Source of the DNA: Hypanus sabinus
Lineage: Eukaryota
Reading direction: 5' to 3'
NCBI RefSeq assembly: GCF_030144855.1
Contig: NC_082731.1
Location: 26,846,001-26,910,000 of the forward strand
DNA length: 64,000 bases
Shown: positions 1 to 12,914 of the stretch, piece by piece
Numbering within the stretch: position 1 is the stretch's first letter
Layout: each line of letters starts with the position of its first letter
Position numbers and translations under genes: made by a program
The notes under the pieces: model-generated
The model's input: the letters and a program-made list of their open reading frames with translations, nothing else
What the model was told of the DNA's origin: nothing
Databases searched by the model: none

Positions 1-1912
1 CATCTGTACAATGATATGATGTGGATTTGTAAAGTCCAGCTCTCTTCAGCCTCCTCAGAAAGTAAAGGCATAAGTGAGCTTCCCTGATTGTGTAGATTGT
101 GTTCTGGGACCCTGAGAGCTTGTGGGTGATATGCACTCCCTGGAGTTTGGAACTGCTTGTCAATGTGTCGCCAGTGTAAAGGGGGATATGAGTGGTGCCG
201 GTTCTGCTGAAGTCTATCCCGTTGCACACTTGAATCAAGAGAAGAGTCTACACCCAGGCCATGCGAAAGTTCTAAAAAGTAGTATTTGTGAGCTTTGGAT
301 TTTTCCAGTTGCCCAGTGAAGTGTTAGCAAGCTTTCAGATTTTTGCAGTGGCCTAATCGAATCCCAATGTGAGAATTCTGGGAGACCTCCAGCCTCCCGG
401 ATATTGGTGAATGTAGAGGTTGTAGAATGAGTAAGGCATGACGAAAGAACCAGAGTCACATCTGGAAGGAATGATTTATGCCGTGAGAGGCTTGTGTCTA
501 GAAATCACTGGTGTGCCTTATAGAGGGAGCTGATCCATTTGTGATATTCAAAAGGAAAATGGAATATTGAAAGGAAGACAAACTGCAGAATACGTGGAGA
601 GACAAGACAGCGAGATCTGCTGGTTTGCTCTTGAATGCAGACCACAGACACTTTAATAGGCAAATTGACTTTCTTCCACAGTATTCAACCAGTGATTCTC
701 TGTGATTAAGCAGTCTGTTCAGCTGCTATTACCTCCTAACTTTCCAACATCCTCAATGCTTCTTGTCCCAAAGACAATGATATCTGTCAGGTGCTAGGAC
801 TTGGATCAAATATGTTTTCATGAGGTCTGTCACTTGTCTCTCACAGTGCAGTTTGTTGGTGAAGAAGAGTCCAGGTTCCATGCATTTCATCAGGAAGAGA
901 ATTTTCTTGAAGACAGGAGAAGTGCAGACGCTAGAATCTGGAGGAGAACTCAAACTGCAAGATGAACTCAACAGGTCAGACAACAACAGTGGAAGCAAAA
1001 GAAGGGACATTTCAAGTGGCCACTCTGCATCTGTACAGGCACTGGCTTCTTGTCCCACACGATTCTACTCAATTTGGATTTACTTCTTACATGTCCATTG
1101 CACGTTTCTGAAAGTTTTTGTCCTTTCTCTCTCTCTTATTAAAATAAAAGTAAATAATTTGTTTCCTATTTGAAGTCAGGCCGGGATTTGCTCAAGTTTC
1201 AGAAGAAAGCCTCTGTGATCCCATGTGGAAGAAAGTTTCGAATATAGTGTTCAAATAATTGTACGTTGCTAAAGCTTTGTGACCTTGTGGACATCCCGTG
1301 TTTCCCAATAAAGTTCCAAGTCTGCGAAACTAATATCATGCTGGCCGAAACCCTTCATTAGAGGGATAGCTGCACAAAATAAGGGTTGATGGGTGAGGCA
1401 CTAATCAACTTTTTGTCTTGCTAATGGGGGTGGGGGGGGGGGGTTGTTTTCGCTCACTTGTTTGCTACTAGATATAAACACAAGCGTTACGAGTTACGAT
1501 TCCTCGTAACTCAGAGTTCCAAGTGGACATTCATGGTAGCATGCTAAAATAAAAAAATCGCCCCTTGAATTCTGGTATCGAGATTTATTTCAAAACTTAC
1601 CTGACAAATTGGCGTAGTCTAGCAGGATACGTACAGAACTGGATCGAACAATGGACTAACTGAGCATCACAAATGTACCTTCGAGTTAGCCCCCCACCCC
1701 ACCTCGTTGCGTGGTCCACTTTGAGACCCCCTGATCCTGGCCCGTGATCGGGTAGGAAAGATGTAGAAAGTAGGAAAACCGCAGCATTTTGTAAATTCAA
1801 AGAATTATATAAGTAAGACTTCAAGGGGTGAATGGGTCGAAATTTCCTTCATACTTAGACTTTTTTTTGCTGGACGGGGTAAATAGATTGAAGGAGGATG
1901 GGAAGTAGTAAT

Positions 1913-2404
1913 NNNNNNNNNNNNNNNNNNNNNNNNNNNNNNNNNNNNNNNNNNNNNNNNNNNNNNNNNNNNNNNNNNNNNNNNNNNNNNNNNNNNNNNN
2001 NNNNNNNNNNNNNNNNNNNNNNNNNNNNNNNNNNNNNNNNNNNNNNNNNNNNNNNNNNNNNNNNNNNNNNNNNNNNNNNNNNNNNNNNNNNNNNNNNNNN
2101 NNNNNNNNNNNNNNNNNNNNNNNNNNNNNNNNNNNNNNNNNNNNNNNNNNNNNNNNNNNNNNNNNNNNNNNNNNNNNNNNNNNNNNNNNNNNNNNNNNNN
2201 NNNNNNNNNNNNNNNNNNNNNNNNNNNNNNNNNNNNNNNNNNNNNNNNNNNNNNNNNNNNNNNNNNNNNNNNNNNNNNNNNNNNNNNNNNNNNNNNNNNN
2301 NNNNNNNNNNNNNNNNNNNNNNNNNNNNNNNNNNNNNNNNNNNNNNNNNNNNNNNNNNNNNNNNNNNNNNNNNNNNNNNNNNNNNNNNNNNNNNNNNNNN
2401 NNNN
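1913..2404. other. Assembly gap (492 N)
   Basis: Run of N. Confidence 1.
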
Positions 2405-4199
2405 CAAAGTCCTTGGAGCTAACCATGATACCTCCTCAATACAATTCAAAATTATCAATGAATAAAGAAAAAATCTTTGAAATTCAAAAACTTCTTTAAT
2501 GCATTGAGACAAATACGAATGTATGACTTCAGCTGCTTTTTATCAAAATGCAGCTTTTTGAAATTTTATAATTGAATAATTTACCTACTGTCTGCGGGTT
2601 TGGTTTTAATGCAAAGTCACTACTGGATGACTGATTCGGGATGTATAAAGATTTTGGTATTATAAGATAATTTTTAACTCTGAGATGTAAACTTCTAGCT
2701 AACATTGATGAGACTCCTAAACTCTGAGGTGTAACGTCCCAGGTAACACTGATGAGACTCCTCAACACTGACTCAGGCAGCGGGAGACTGGAGTGAGTTT
2801 ACGTCTCTCTCGACTCGAGCAGCGGGAGACTGGAGTGTGCTTGGGACAAACGTTACTACTGCTTCTCAAGGCACACTGGCAGCTGGCTGAGTGATGACTG
2901 GTGACTCGTCACTCAAGGACACAAGCCACTCTTTGTCGCACCCCCTGAAATTCCATCTCTCACCCCCTGGGGGTGCAGGCACCCCCGGTTGGGAACCCCT
3001 GCCTTAGGACATATTACACGTCCATCTGGGTGAGGCAACAAGTTAGACTCTGTGCAGGCAGCAGAAATCCATGGGCGGGTGCTTGCGTGGCCCAAGCGGA
3101 AGACTGAGTGAATGAGTACTAATGCTGCCGGGACATAACTAACCACAGAGGTGTGGGATATTGCAGGTTCCTTAGCAGCAGCTGCGGCCATGGCAACACA
3201 GCCGGAGAATTCATCTTTTCCCTTCACACATGACAATTGCCAGTTGTGAAGGTAATAGAATAGCTTGGAGTAAATTAGTAATTAATTGAGAATAATCAAC
3301 AGGTTTATCTGAAGATATGAGAAATCCTTTGTGTTGCCAAAATCACGTGTCACCAAAAATATCAAGAAGCAGTATCTCTGTTGCAGGGGTTAGGACAAAC
3401 AATACAACTGCAACAATACAATGTGTTGAAGTAACGGACGGAAATGCATAAAGCTCTCATGCCTCAAAGAAATCTCCAGAAAATGGCTGTGTGTCCGATG
3501 GAAGAATAGAAGATCCGTCAGTAAACAGAATTAGGCCTGGGTTATCAAGCGGAGTACTGTGCAGGTCAGGACTGGCAGATGTGGTGGCTTCCACTATTCG
3601 CTACCAAATCATATAAAGGTGTGTTATTCTCAGCCTCAGGTAATGGAAGAAGAGAAACGAGGTTTAGTGCAGGGTCACGGTGGAAAGAAAGGCTGGGTTC
3701 AGAGTGCAACATTGCCACATAACCTGTACACCTTACTGCTGTAAAATGTTTCATAGCTGCACAGGGAGCCAAAACTGTACAGAGATCATCAGGTTGGGCT
3801 TTTCTTCCATAACTGAAGTGGTGGCAACAGACCTTAAACAACCAGGCAAGCCTCTTCCAACTACTGGTAATTGTACAGAACAACATGCAATGGGTCATGC
3901 ACGTTGTTGCGTTAAAATGCCGCCCGCAAACTCTTGGTGTTCATGAAGAAATAATTGGAAAGGAACTGAAGAGTCAGGTATGCTCAAGGCTTGGGCAGTT
4001 GACGAAGCTGCTTTAAGAGCATTAAAGTCTGCGTTCATTTTCAGAGTGCATTGAATTTCGACAGACATGTCAGTTCAGGAGGTTGGCGAAGAGGAGATCC
4101 ATTATTCGATATTCAGGAATCCACTGTCTACAATAAGACGAGATGGGATAGAGTACTTCAAAGGTGTTGAGGAAAGTTCCCTTCATCTGTACATAGAAG

Positions 4200-4840
4200 T
4201 CCCCATGAGACAGTGTGTGATACTGGATCTGCACTCAGATTAGAGAATGAGACAGGGCAGGTGTCAGAAGTTTGTGTAGGGGAACACTTAGAATCCACTG
4301 ACCTCAATGCCATTCTTTTCAACGTATATATGCAAAAATATAGGTCTTGTCTGTGGATTGAGATTCTAAATTGGAGAAGGGTCAATTTTAATGGTATCAG
4401 AAATGATCTGGCAATTGTAGGTTGGGACTGGCTGTTTTCTAGCAAAGGTGTACTTGGTAAGCGGGAGGCCTCCAAAAGTGAAATATTGAGAGTACAAAGC
4501 TTGTATGTGCTTGTGATAATAAAAAGTAATGATAACAACTGCCAGGAAACTTGGTTTTCAAGAGATATCGAGACCCTGGATAAGAGAAAAAAAAGGAGGT
4601 GAATCGCAGATATAGGCCGATAGGAACAAATGGGGTGGTTATGGAAATACAAGAGAACGCTTAAGAGATAAATCAGGAGGGCTAAAAGAAGGCATGAAGT
4701 TGTTCCAGCAGACAAGGTCAAGAAGAATGCCAAGGGCTTCTATAGATATGTTAAGAACTAAAGAATTTTAAAGGACAAAATTGGTTCTCTGGAAGAACAG
4801 AATTGTAATCCATGTGTGGAGCCAGAACTGATGGGTGAAA

Positions 4841-4879
<39 letters not shown>

Positions 4880-5222
4880 GCATTTGTATTTACTCAGGAG
4901 ATAGACAGAGTCTATAGAAGTGAGGCAAAGTTGAATCATGAACCCTGTACAGTTTAAAGAGGAGGAGTTGTTGGTAACCCTGAGACAAATCAGGGTGGAT
5001 ATATTCCCAAGGCCCGATATGGTGTCAACTTGGATCCTACGGGTGGCAAGTGCAGAAATTTCTGGGGCTCCAGAAGAGATATTTAAATTATCCTAGCGAC
5101 AGGAGAGGTACCAGAGAATCGGAGGATAGCAAATATTGCTCAGCTATTTAAAAATGATCTAAAGATAAACTATGAAATTAAACTGCGGCGAGTCTGACAG
5201 CAGTCATGGAAAAGATATTGAA
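4200..5222 (+). mobile_element. CR1-clade LINE ORF2 fragment (endonuclease C-terminus/linker to start of RT), decayed; contains a (TAT)13 microsatellite at 4841-4879
   Basis: ORF 4213-4602 has ENETGQVSEVCVGEH and ILNWRRVNFNGIRNDLA, typical of the CR1 ORF2 linker; frameshifts and stops follow. Confidence 0.8.
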
Positions 5223-5228
5223 AGGTTT

Positions 5229-5325
5229 TTCTCCAGTCCTGATGAAGGGTCTCTGCTCAAAATGTAAACAGTTTACTCTTTTCCGTAGATGCTGCCTGGC
5301 CTGCTGAGTTCCTCTAACATTTTGT
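5229..5325 (+). mobile_element. Penelope-like terminal-repeat fragment
   Basis: GATGAAGGGTCTC...GATGCTGCCTGGCCTGCTGAGTTCCTC matches the terminus of the GIY-YIG element at 17409-17494. Confidence 0.65.
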
Positions 5326-5329
5326 ATTG

Positions 5330-5780
5330 ACTATTGGAGGTGGTGTATTATGTTGAAGTTGTATATTATAAGACATTGTGAGAGGAGATTTGATAGAGGT
5401 ATTTAAAATTATGAGGAGTATAGATAGGGTAAGTGCAAGCAAGCTTTTCCCACTGATGGGTTGGGTGGAACTACAACCAAAGATCACGGGATAAGTGTGA
5501 AAGGTGAAATGTTTAAATGGAACATTTAAAAATGTTTACTCAGGGAAAACTTTTTACTCAGAGGGTCATGAGAGTGTGGAGTGAATTGCCAGCACAAGTG
5601 CTGCATGCGAGCTGTTTTTCAACGTTTAAGGAATGTTTGGATAAGTAAATGGATGGTAGGCCTATGGAAGACTATGGTCCCGGCGCAGGTCTGTCAGAGT
5701 AGGCAGTTTAGATTGTTTCAGCATTGACTAGATGGGTCGAAGGGCCTGACTCTGTGCTGTAATTCTCTATGACTCTAATA
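5330..5780 (+). mobile_element. CR1 LINE 3' end (RT C-terminal region and 3'UTR)
   Basis: Homologous to the 3' ends of the CR1 copies at 13700-14040 and 55000-55390. Confidence 0.75.
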
Positions 5781-6650
5781 ATTGACCCTTCCCAAAAAGG
5801 AAAGCATTTCATTTCGGGTAGGGGGAAGCGATGTATTAATAATAATGCAATTCGTTCTTTGGCAAGTTGCCGAGTTCCTTGATAATGCAGAAACCCCAAA
5901 TACAGTCCAGTGGGTTAAAAAAGCTTATTTTGGGATACCTTGTCCCTTTTCAGCCACGGGTATGACTAAGCCAACAGTGTCTCTTTCATTATCGATTCGG
6001 GTGGGAGAGGAAATAAGCAGATCATCGGCATATTATAGAATTCTACTTTCCCCGGTAGGCGCAGGATGCTTAAATCTTGTCTGATGGCTGCGGCATATAT
6101 TGTGGGCTCTCGGTATACACTTGAGGCAACTTGGTCCAAGTATATTGTCTACCAGTGGCCGTAAACGCAAACTAATACTGACTATCCTTATGTAATTGGA
6201 TGGAGAAAAACAGGTCAGAATAGAGATCTTTAACAGAATAACATTCAGCTGCGGCAGGAATCCTGAAGATTAGTAACGGGAACTACGGGAGAAAGATTTA
6301 CAACTACCGTGTTGATAGCCCTTTGTTCTTGTACAAACCTCCGCTCAGTATCACGACCTGGTTTCAGAATTGGTAAGATAGGAGGTGAACAACATTGGTC
6401 TTCAAACGTACTTTGCATGGTGGAGCAGAATGTACAAGTTACTCGAGATTTTAGACTCTTGGTTGGTCAGGACATGAAGGGATTTGGAGGGGGTGGGAAG
6501 GCAGGGGATTTAGGCTGAGAAGAAAATTGCATCAGCCATAATGAAATGGTGGAAAAGCTCGATGGGCCAAATGGCCTAATTCTGCACCTATAGCTTATGG
6601 TCTTATGATTCTTGTGTATTAGCCACATGGAGGAAGGTACCTGTGAAAGC

Positions 6651-7009
6651 AGTGTCCTGACAAGGAAGTCCAACAACTCCACAGCTCTAAGGGAATAGAA
6701 GCACAAAACCTGTTTACAATCCTGACAAATCAATAAGCAACACACACAAAATGCTGGAGGAACTCAGCAGGTCAGGTCCATTGATGCTGCCAGGTACTAA
6801 CTACTCTCGGTATAAAGTTAACTCTCAGATCTCATTTTACTCTCTGCCCTCTTATCTTCTATTTGTACCCTCCTGTGTTGGACTCCCCAACCCTGAGATC
6901 CTCCAGCATTTTGTGTGTGTTGCTTATTGATTTGTCAGGATTGTAAACAGGTTTTGTGCTCTTATTCCCTTAGAGCTTTGGAATTGTTGGACTTCCTCCT
7001 CAGGACACT
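6651..7009. repeat. Long inverted repeat: 111-bp arms (6651-6761 / 6899-7009), 137-bp spacer
   Basis: Manual alignment gives 6 mismatches in 111 bp; the inner ~62 bp are perfect. Confidence 0.95.
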
Positions 7010-7399
7010 CCCCATCAGGTCAAGTGAGGGGATTCTGTGCAACTTGCTAGGGTACTGCAGACTTTCACAATGTACCTGGACCAATCCTTCAATATGTGTA
7101 CGTTAATGCCTCACCAGTGGGTGGCTTTGTCTCTGTGTTCATTTGGCTGAAAATAAGAGTTCACTGTTGCATGTTTTTCCAGTTAGTTTGAAATTGCTGA
7201 GAATAATTTTTTTCAGGCACTGTAGCACTGACTTTGTAATGGTAAAACAGAGGGCAGGTAAGTGATCCAGAGAAATAGATTGCCCTGATACAAAGAAAAA
7301 CATTAGCAATCTTTCAGCCATCTGGGACCTTTCTTCACTAAAGGAGATCCAAAGATAACTAGCTCTGGTTCCAGCCCACTCTCTCACCTCTTTATACTC

Positions 7400-8420
7400 G
7401 TGATCTCTGTTCTACTTTCTCAGTTAGGGTGAAGAGCGTTTATCCAAAATGCTGATTACCTATTTCCCTCCAAAGTCTCAGATTCACTTGGACCATTTAC
7501 GACACCATCTTCCCCTTTCTAGATCCATTTACAATTACTGCAAAACGACCAACTCCCACAACTACCAGAACAATACTTCTGATCAAATTCTTTCATGTAA
7601 GGATGCCATTCCTTTCTCTCAGTTTTACTGTCTCTGCAATATCTGTTCTTCAAAACATCTGAAATGTCATCTTTTCAGAAAGAGCAGCAGCTTTCAACTC
7701 ACTCTCATCCTGTGGTTGATAGAGACATGACCCACATCTCCTCCATTTCCAGCTGTTCTGTACTGAATCCATCTCCCTCAGACAGAACAGTGAGAAAGTT
7801 CCCTCACCTTTTGTCCCACCAGGCTTCACCTCCAGCAAATTACTCTAAACATTTCCAGCAGCTACAATGTGATCCCACCATTAGCCACATCTTACCCTCC
7901 CCAACTATTTGTTCTCCACGGGGACCACCCTCTCAGTGATTCACTGGTTTGTTGTTAACTCTCCCTTCCCAGGCATTTCCCCTGCAATTGGTGATGGTGT
8001 AACACCTTTCTCTACACCTCACCACCATTCAATGACCTAAACAGTCTTTCCACTGAGGCTCAGCTATCCATGCACCTCATCTATTGTTGACTATTGCATT
8101 CAGTGCTCTCAAGGTGACCCAAGAACTGAGTAAGGAACCACTTTAACAAACACCTGCACTCCAGCCACAATGGCCATCAATAGCTCCCATTTGCAAGCCA
8201 TTTTAATTCCTCTCCCCATTGCCACAGCAAACAAACTGGTCTTGGCATCGTTCAGTGCAACAGTCAGGCTAAAAGCAAGCCAGAGCAATATCATCTCATA
8301 TTCTACTTGAGTTATCTACAATCCAATATCAAGAATATTGAATTCTCCAATTTCAGGTCAACTTCTCCTCCTCTGTCCCCTCTTCTCTCTCATCCTGATC
8401 TACCCAGATCCTCTCATGCA
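7400..8420 (+). mobile_element. Decayed Penelope-like element (RT thumb region to GIY-YIG remnant)
   Basis: ORF 7449-7730 has KDAIPFSQF...ICS (PLE RT C-terminal motif); 7990-8360 resembles 16900-17290. Confidence 0.7.
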
Positions 8421-8579
8421 CATCATTCTTTCCAAACTCTCCAACCCCAATGAGACCACAGGGAAATTGTTTATTTCTGACAAGCAAATTTTAAAGGAGA
8501 TCAAGCAGCTGTGCCATGGTCTCTTGGTCAACGTGGAGAGTGGACATTAGAGCGAGATGGATTTTTTTCTGATACTGTA

Positions 8580-9590
8580 CTTTTTTTCATTCTTTTGTAA
8601 TTTATTTTTTATTGAAGTTCATCATCAAACAAGCATTTCCGTAAGATGTATTTCAGACATTGTACATATATATCATATAATCATATATATTACAAATCTC
8701 CACAAAGTATTTATCTGGGGTATACACTTATGGAAAAGAGTGGAAAGAAAAAACAATCAAAAGGAAAGAACTATGTACAAGTAGGGAGTGATCTTTTTTA
8801 TTTTTTACAACAGATTCATTGATTTGTGAGAATACAATCAGACCTCTGAGGCATTATGCCATTTTTTCCAGTATGAATCAAATTGTTCCAGCTTATGGTT
8901 AACAGATGCTGTTATCTTCTCCATTTTGAAATGTCTATTGTAATTTTCATCTATGTATTTAAAGTTGGGCTATCCTGTGATAACCATTTCCTAGTAAGAG
9001 TCTTTTTACCAGCCACCAAAATTATATTCATTAAATATTTATCTCTTTTCAAACATCCTTGAGGTATATATCCAAAATATATGGTATTACTCTCTAAGGG
9101 TATTTCACATTTAAAGATGTCTTGTAGGGCATTGTGTGTCCCCCTCCAATAGTTTTTGATAACAGGGCAGTCCCAAAAAATATGATGATGATTTGCATTT
9201 TGATTTCCACAATTTCTCCAGCAAACAGGGAGGTTACTATCATAATGGGATTTGTGAGAGGGTGCAATAAAATATCTTATCAAGTTTTTCCATCCAAACT
9301 CCCTCCATTTCTGTGAACTGGTACACTTCCATTGATACCTCCATATTGTTGTCCATTCTTCCTCAGATATAATTATTCCACCTTCTTTCTCCCATTTTGT
9401 TTTAATGTATGAAGTTGAATGTGTTATAAGATTTGACAACCCCTTATACATGCTTGAAATGATTCTACTACCATTATCTGAATTATATGCTTTTTTAAAG
9501 AGCTCTATCAAGCATATATTTGTCTTGGTTACATTTTTAAGAGTCTTATTAACATATTGTCGCATTTCAACTGGAAATGTCTAATTTCCT
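8580..9590 (-). mobile_element. L1-clade LINE ORF2 C-terminal fragment and 3' end
   Basis: ORF 8951-9565(-) contains CWRNCG...HHHIFWDCP, the L1 C-terminal Cys/His domain. Confidence 0.8.
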
Positions 9591-11254
9591 CAGCTCTGGT
9601 GAAAAGCTTGTGATATTAGTTTGTTTCTCTGCACAGATAGTGTCTGTCCTGTAATTTCAGTTATTTTTTTTCTCTTATTTGCAACATCTGTAGTTATTTG
9701 TCTTTCAGTGATGATTTCATTCTTTCTGTTGGAGTTCAGATGTCAATTTTGTCTGAAGCCAATATGATTCGAAAAATTTGTTGCCCTGAGAGTCAGTGTA
9801 ACAGTCAGGCAAAAAGACACTGCTGAACGGTGTGGATGAAACAGTGCACAAAGGGATTCCATTGTGTCAGAAGGTCCCGAGACTACAGGAGCTCTTCAGA
9901 TGAATTTGTCACATTGTAAGTGACAGACAGGGAAAGGAGAGGGTTTTCATTCATCAATTAGTATTTCACAGATGGGACATTTTACACAATCCCTGCTTTC
10001 TCTCGTTGGCTTTTCCGTCAATACATCATTACCTTGCAATAATTTGCATTTATACAGTGTCTTGATTTGAGCTCTTGTTCATTGGACTCTATTTTTGCTA
10101 TTTTACAGTTGTTTCGATGATTGTTGACATCCATGAGTTGGCATATTCGGTGATGTATTTAGTCTACTCACCAACAGTCCATTTCTTTCACTCCACCGCT
10201 GACGTACAATGATATATTTCCTGTACAGTGCATCCAAGAGTTCTTCCTTCTGATTTTCAACATGAGCAGGTTTTGCTTATTTATTCTGTCTGTTGTAACC
10301 CAGATGCTCATGGACTGTACTCATTCAGGGATTCAACAGCTTCTTTGACAATTTTAAGACAATTTGAACGGAAGCATTTGTTACCTTGCAGTGATAAACT
10401 GCAACCACTGGGGGCCAGAGGAACATCTCCAAATATTCAGGCTTCAGTCACACTGACTATTGTAATAATAACCAACAGCCAATGGGTGTCAGTGTAACAG
10501 TTAGACTGAGAGGGTGGAGAATGTGGGTGAAACAGTGCATTCCAGAGGATTCCAGAGCATCAGGAATTCCTGAGTCTACAGGAGCTCTTCAGATGAATAT
10601 GTCTCATTGAAAGATGTCTTTCTTCCACATCCGAAATGCACGATTGTTGGTAGGTTAATTGCCCACGGTAAATTGCACTTGCATTTGTACAGTCAGAAAG
10701 TCAAGGAAAATGGAAGCAGGCCCTTTGGCCCAATTCCTCCTTGTTGAGCAAAATGCCCATCCAAGCTAGTCACATTGACAGCATTTTGTGGGAATGTTTC
10801 CTATCCATTGCCCTCTTGATTTTATGCATCTCCGTAAAATTGCCACTCAATCTCCTGCAATCCAGAGTTTTTCACCATAAATAAGATGGAGATTGCTAGA
10901 GATTTAATAATCAAGTACAGTAACAAAAGTACATCCCATCTCACTGTTATGTTGACTCCTCACAGCGATTGTGAATAAATTATATGTTCTGCAATTTGGA
11001 TATTCACACCAATGCAAGTCCGAGTCTAGACAACATTTCCCTTTAACTCAATCATGGCAACATCCTTGTAAATCATTTCTGTACTCTTTCCAGATTAATA
11101 ACATCTTTTCACCAGCAGGATGAATACAAAATTAACAAAATACTCCAAATACAATCTCACCAGCACCTTGTACAATGCCACCACGTGCTCCCAATTTTAC
11201 ACACAATACCAACAGTCTTCTACACCACCCTGTCTTCATGTGACTCCACTTTCA

Positions 11255-11520
11255 GTGACCATATGGACCATGAGATTTTGGAGCAGAATTAGGCCATTCA
11301 GCTGATTGGGTCTGATCCACCATTTGATCATGGCTGATCCATTTCCCTCTCAACCCCATTCTCTTACCTTCTCCCAATAATCTTTCATGCCCTGACTTAT
11401 CAAAAATCTATCAACCTCCATTTTAAACACACTCAGACCTGGCTTCCATAACTGCTGAAGAAATTGCTCCTCATCTCTGTTTTAAAGGGATGTCTGTCTG
11501 TTCTGAAGTTGTACCCTTTG
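11255..11520 (-). mobile_element. CR1/SINE-type 3' tail fragment
   Basis: Reverse complement of the GATGGGCC.AATGGCCTAATTCTGC tail that is also present at 6455-6612. Confidence 0.55.
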
Positions 11521-11799
11521 GTTGGTTGGTGGTACAGTGACATCAGTGCTGGACTCCAGAACAGAGGTTCCCCGGTCCGATTCTAGCTGGGGCTTTCCCA
11601 AGTACACTTCCTATTCCTGCCAGGTTGACTGTTGAGCTTGAAACTCAACCTCATAAAATAAAGGAAAATATTGCGAAATGACTGTGTGAGGAGTGGCTTG
11701 CCACACAGTCTTTTGTTCTGCGCCTTGTAAGGCAGGAAAATGCCTGACACTGGCCTCTCAGGCCTGAGTCGACGTCTTCATCATCATCATCATCATCAT

Positions 11800-12905
11800 C
11801 ACCCTTTGGTCCTAGACTCACCCCACCATGGGGAACATTCTCTGCACATGCATTCTAATCTAGGCCTTTCCACGTTTGATAGGTATCAATCAGATCCACC
11901 CCGCCCCCATTCTTCTAAATTCCAGTGAGTACAGATGCAGAGCTATCAAATGCTCCTCATACAATGAGTCTTTCAATCCAGGAGTCGTTTTCATGAACCT
12001 CCTTTGAACTCTGTCCAATATCAACACATCCTTACTTGGATAAGGGGCCCAAAACTGCTCTCAATCCTCCAAGTGAGGCTACACCAATGCCTTATAAAGC
12101 CCCAGAATTACATCCTTGTTTTTATATTCTTGTCCTCTGAAATGAATGGTAACACTGCATTTGCTTTCCTCAGCACTGACCTACAATTTAGACTTTGGGG
12201 AATTCTGCATGAGAACTCCTAAGTCACTTTGAAGCCCCTTTGTATTTTGGATTTTTGAGTATTCTCCCTGTTTAGAAAATAGTTTACACTTTTACTCCTT
12301 CTACCAAGGTGCACAGCCACACTTCCCAACAGTATATTCAATCTGCCATTTCTTTGCCTGTTCTCCTAATCTAAATCCTTCTGTAGCCTACCTGCTTCCT
12401 AAACACTACCTGCCCCTCCAGTTATCTTTGTATTGTTTGCAAACTTAACCAAAAAGCCTTCAATTCTGTCATCCAAGTCATTCAACAATGTAAAAAGAAG
12501 TGGTCCCAATACTGAACCCTGTGGAACACCATTAGTCACTGGCAGCCAATCGGAAAAGGTTCCCTTTATTCCCTCTCTTTGTCTCCTGCCAGTCAGCCAA
12601 TGCTCTAACCATGCTAGCATCTTTCCTGTAATACCATGGGCTCTTATCTTGCTAAGCAGCCTCATGTGTGGCACCTTGTCAAAGGCCATTTAAAAATCCA
12701 AGCACAGAATATCCACCGGCTCTCCCTTGTCTATCCTGTTTGTTATTTCCACAAAGGATTCCAATGGATTTGTTAGACAAGATTTCCTCTCATGGAAACC
12801 ATGATTACTTGGCCATTTTATTACATGCCTCCAAGGATGTTGAAACTTCATTCTCAACAATCGACTCCGATATCTTCCCAGCCACTCAGGCCAGGCAAAC
12901 TGACT
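11800..12905 (-). mobile_element. CR1 LINE RT fragment with 3' end; (CAT)n at 11779-11800
   Basis: ORFs 12399-12689(-) and 12690-13031(-) contain AFDKVPH, GVPQGSVLGPLLF and KFANNT (degenerate FADD). Confidence 0.9.
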
Positions 12906-12914
12906 AACCAGGCT

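Noticed and set aside
820-1173. 117-aa ORF and the overlapping minus-strand ORF
   Set aside because: No recognisable domain or consistent exon structure.
1805-2512. Long ORFs across N runs (also 52583-52999)
   Set aside because: Artefacts of assembly gaps.
3560-3950. Possible hAT transposase remnant
   Set aside because: Only a vague frameshifted resemblance to the C..H.LNL motif; cannot be supported without a search.
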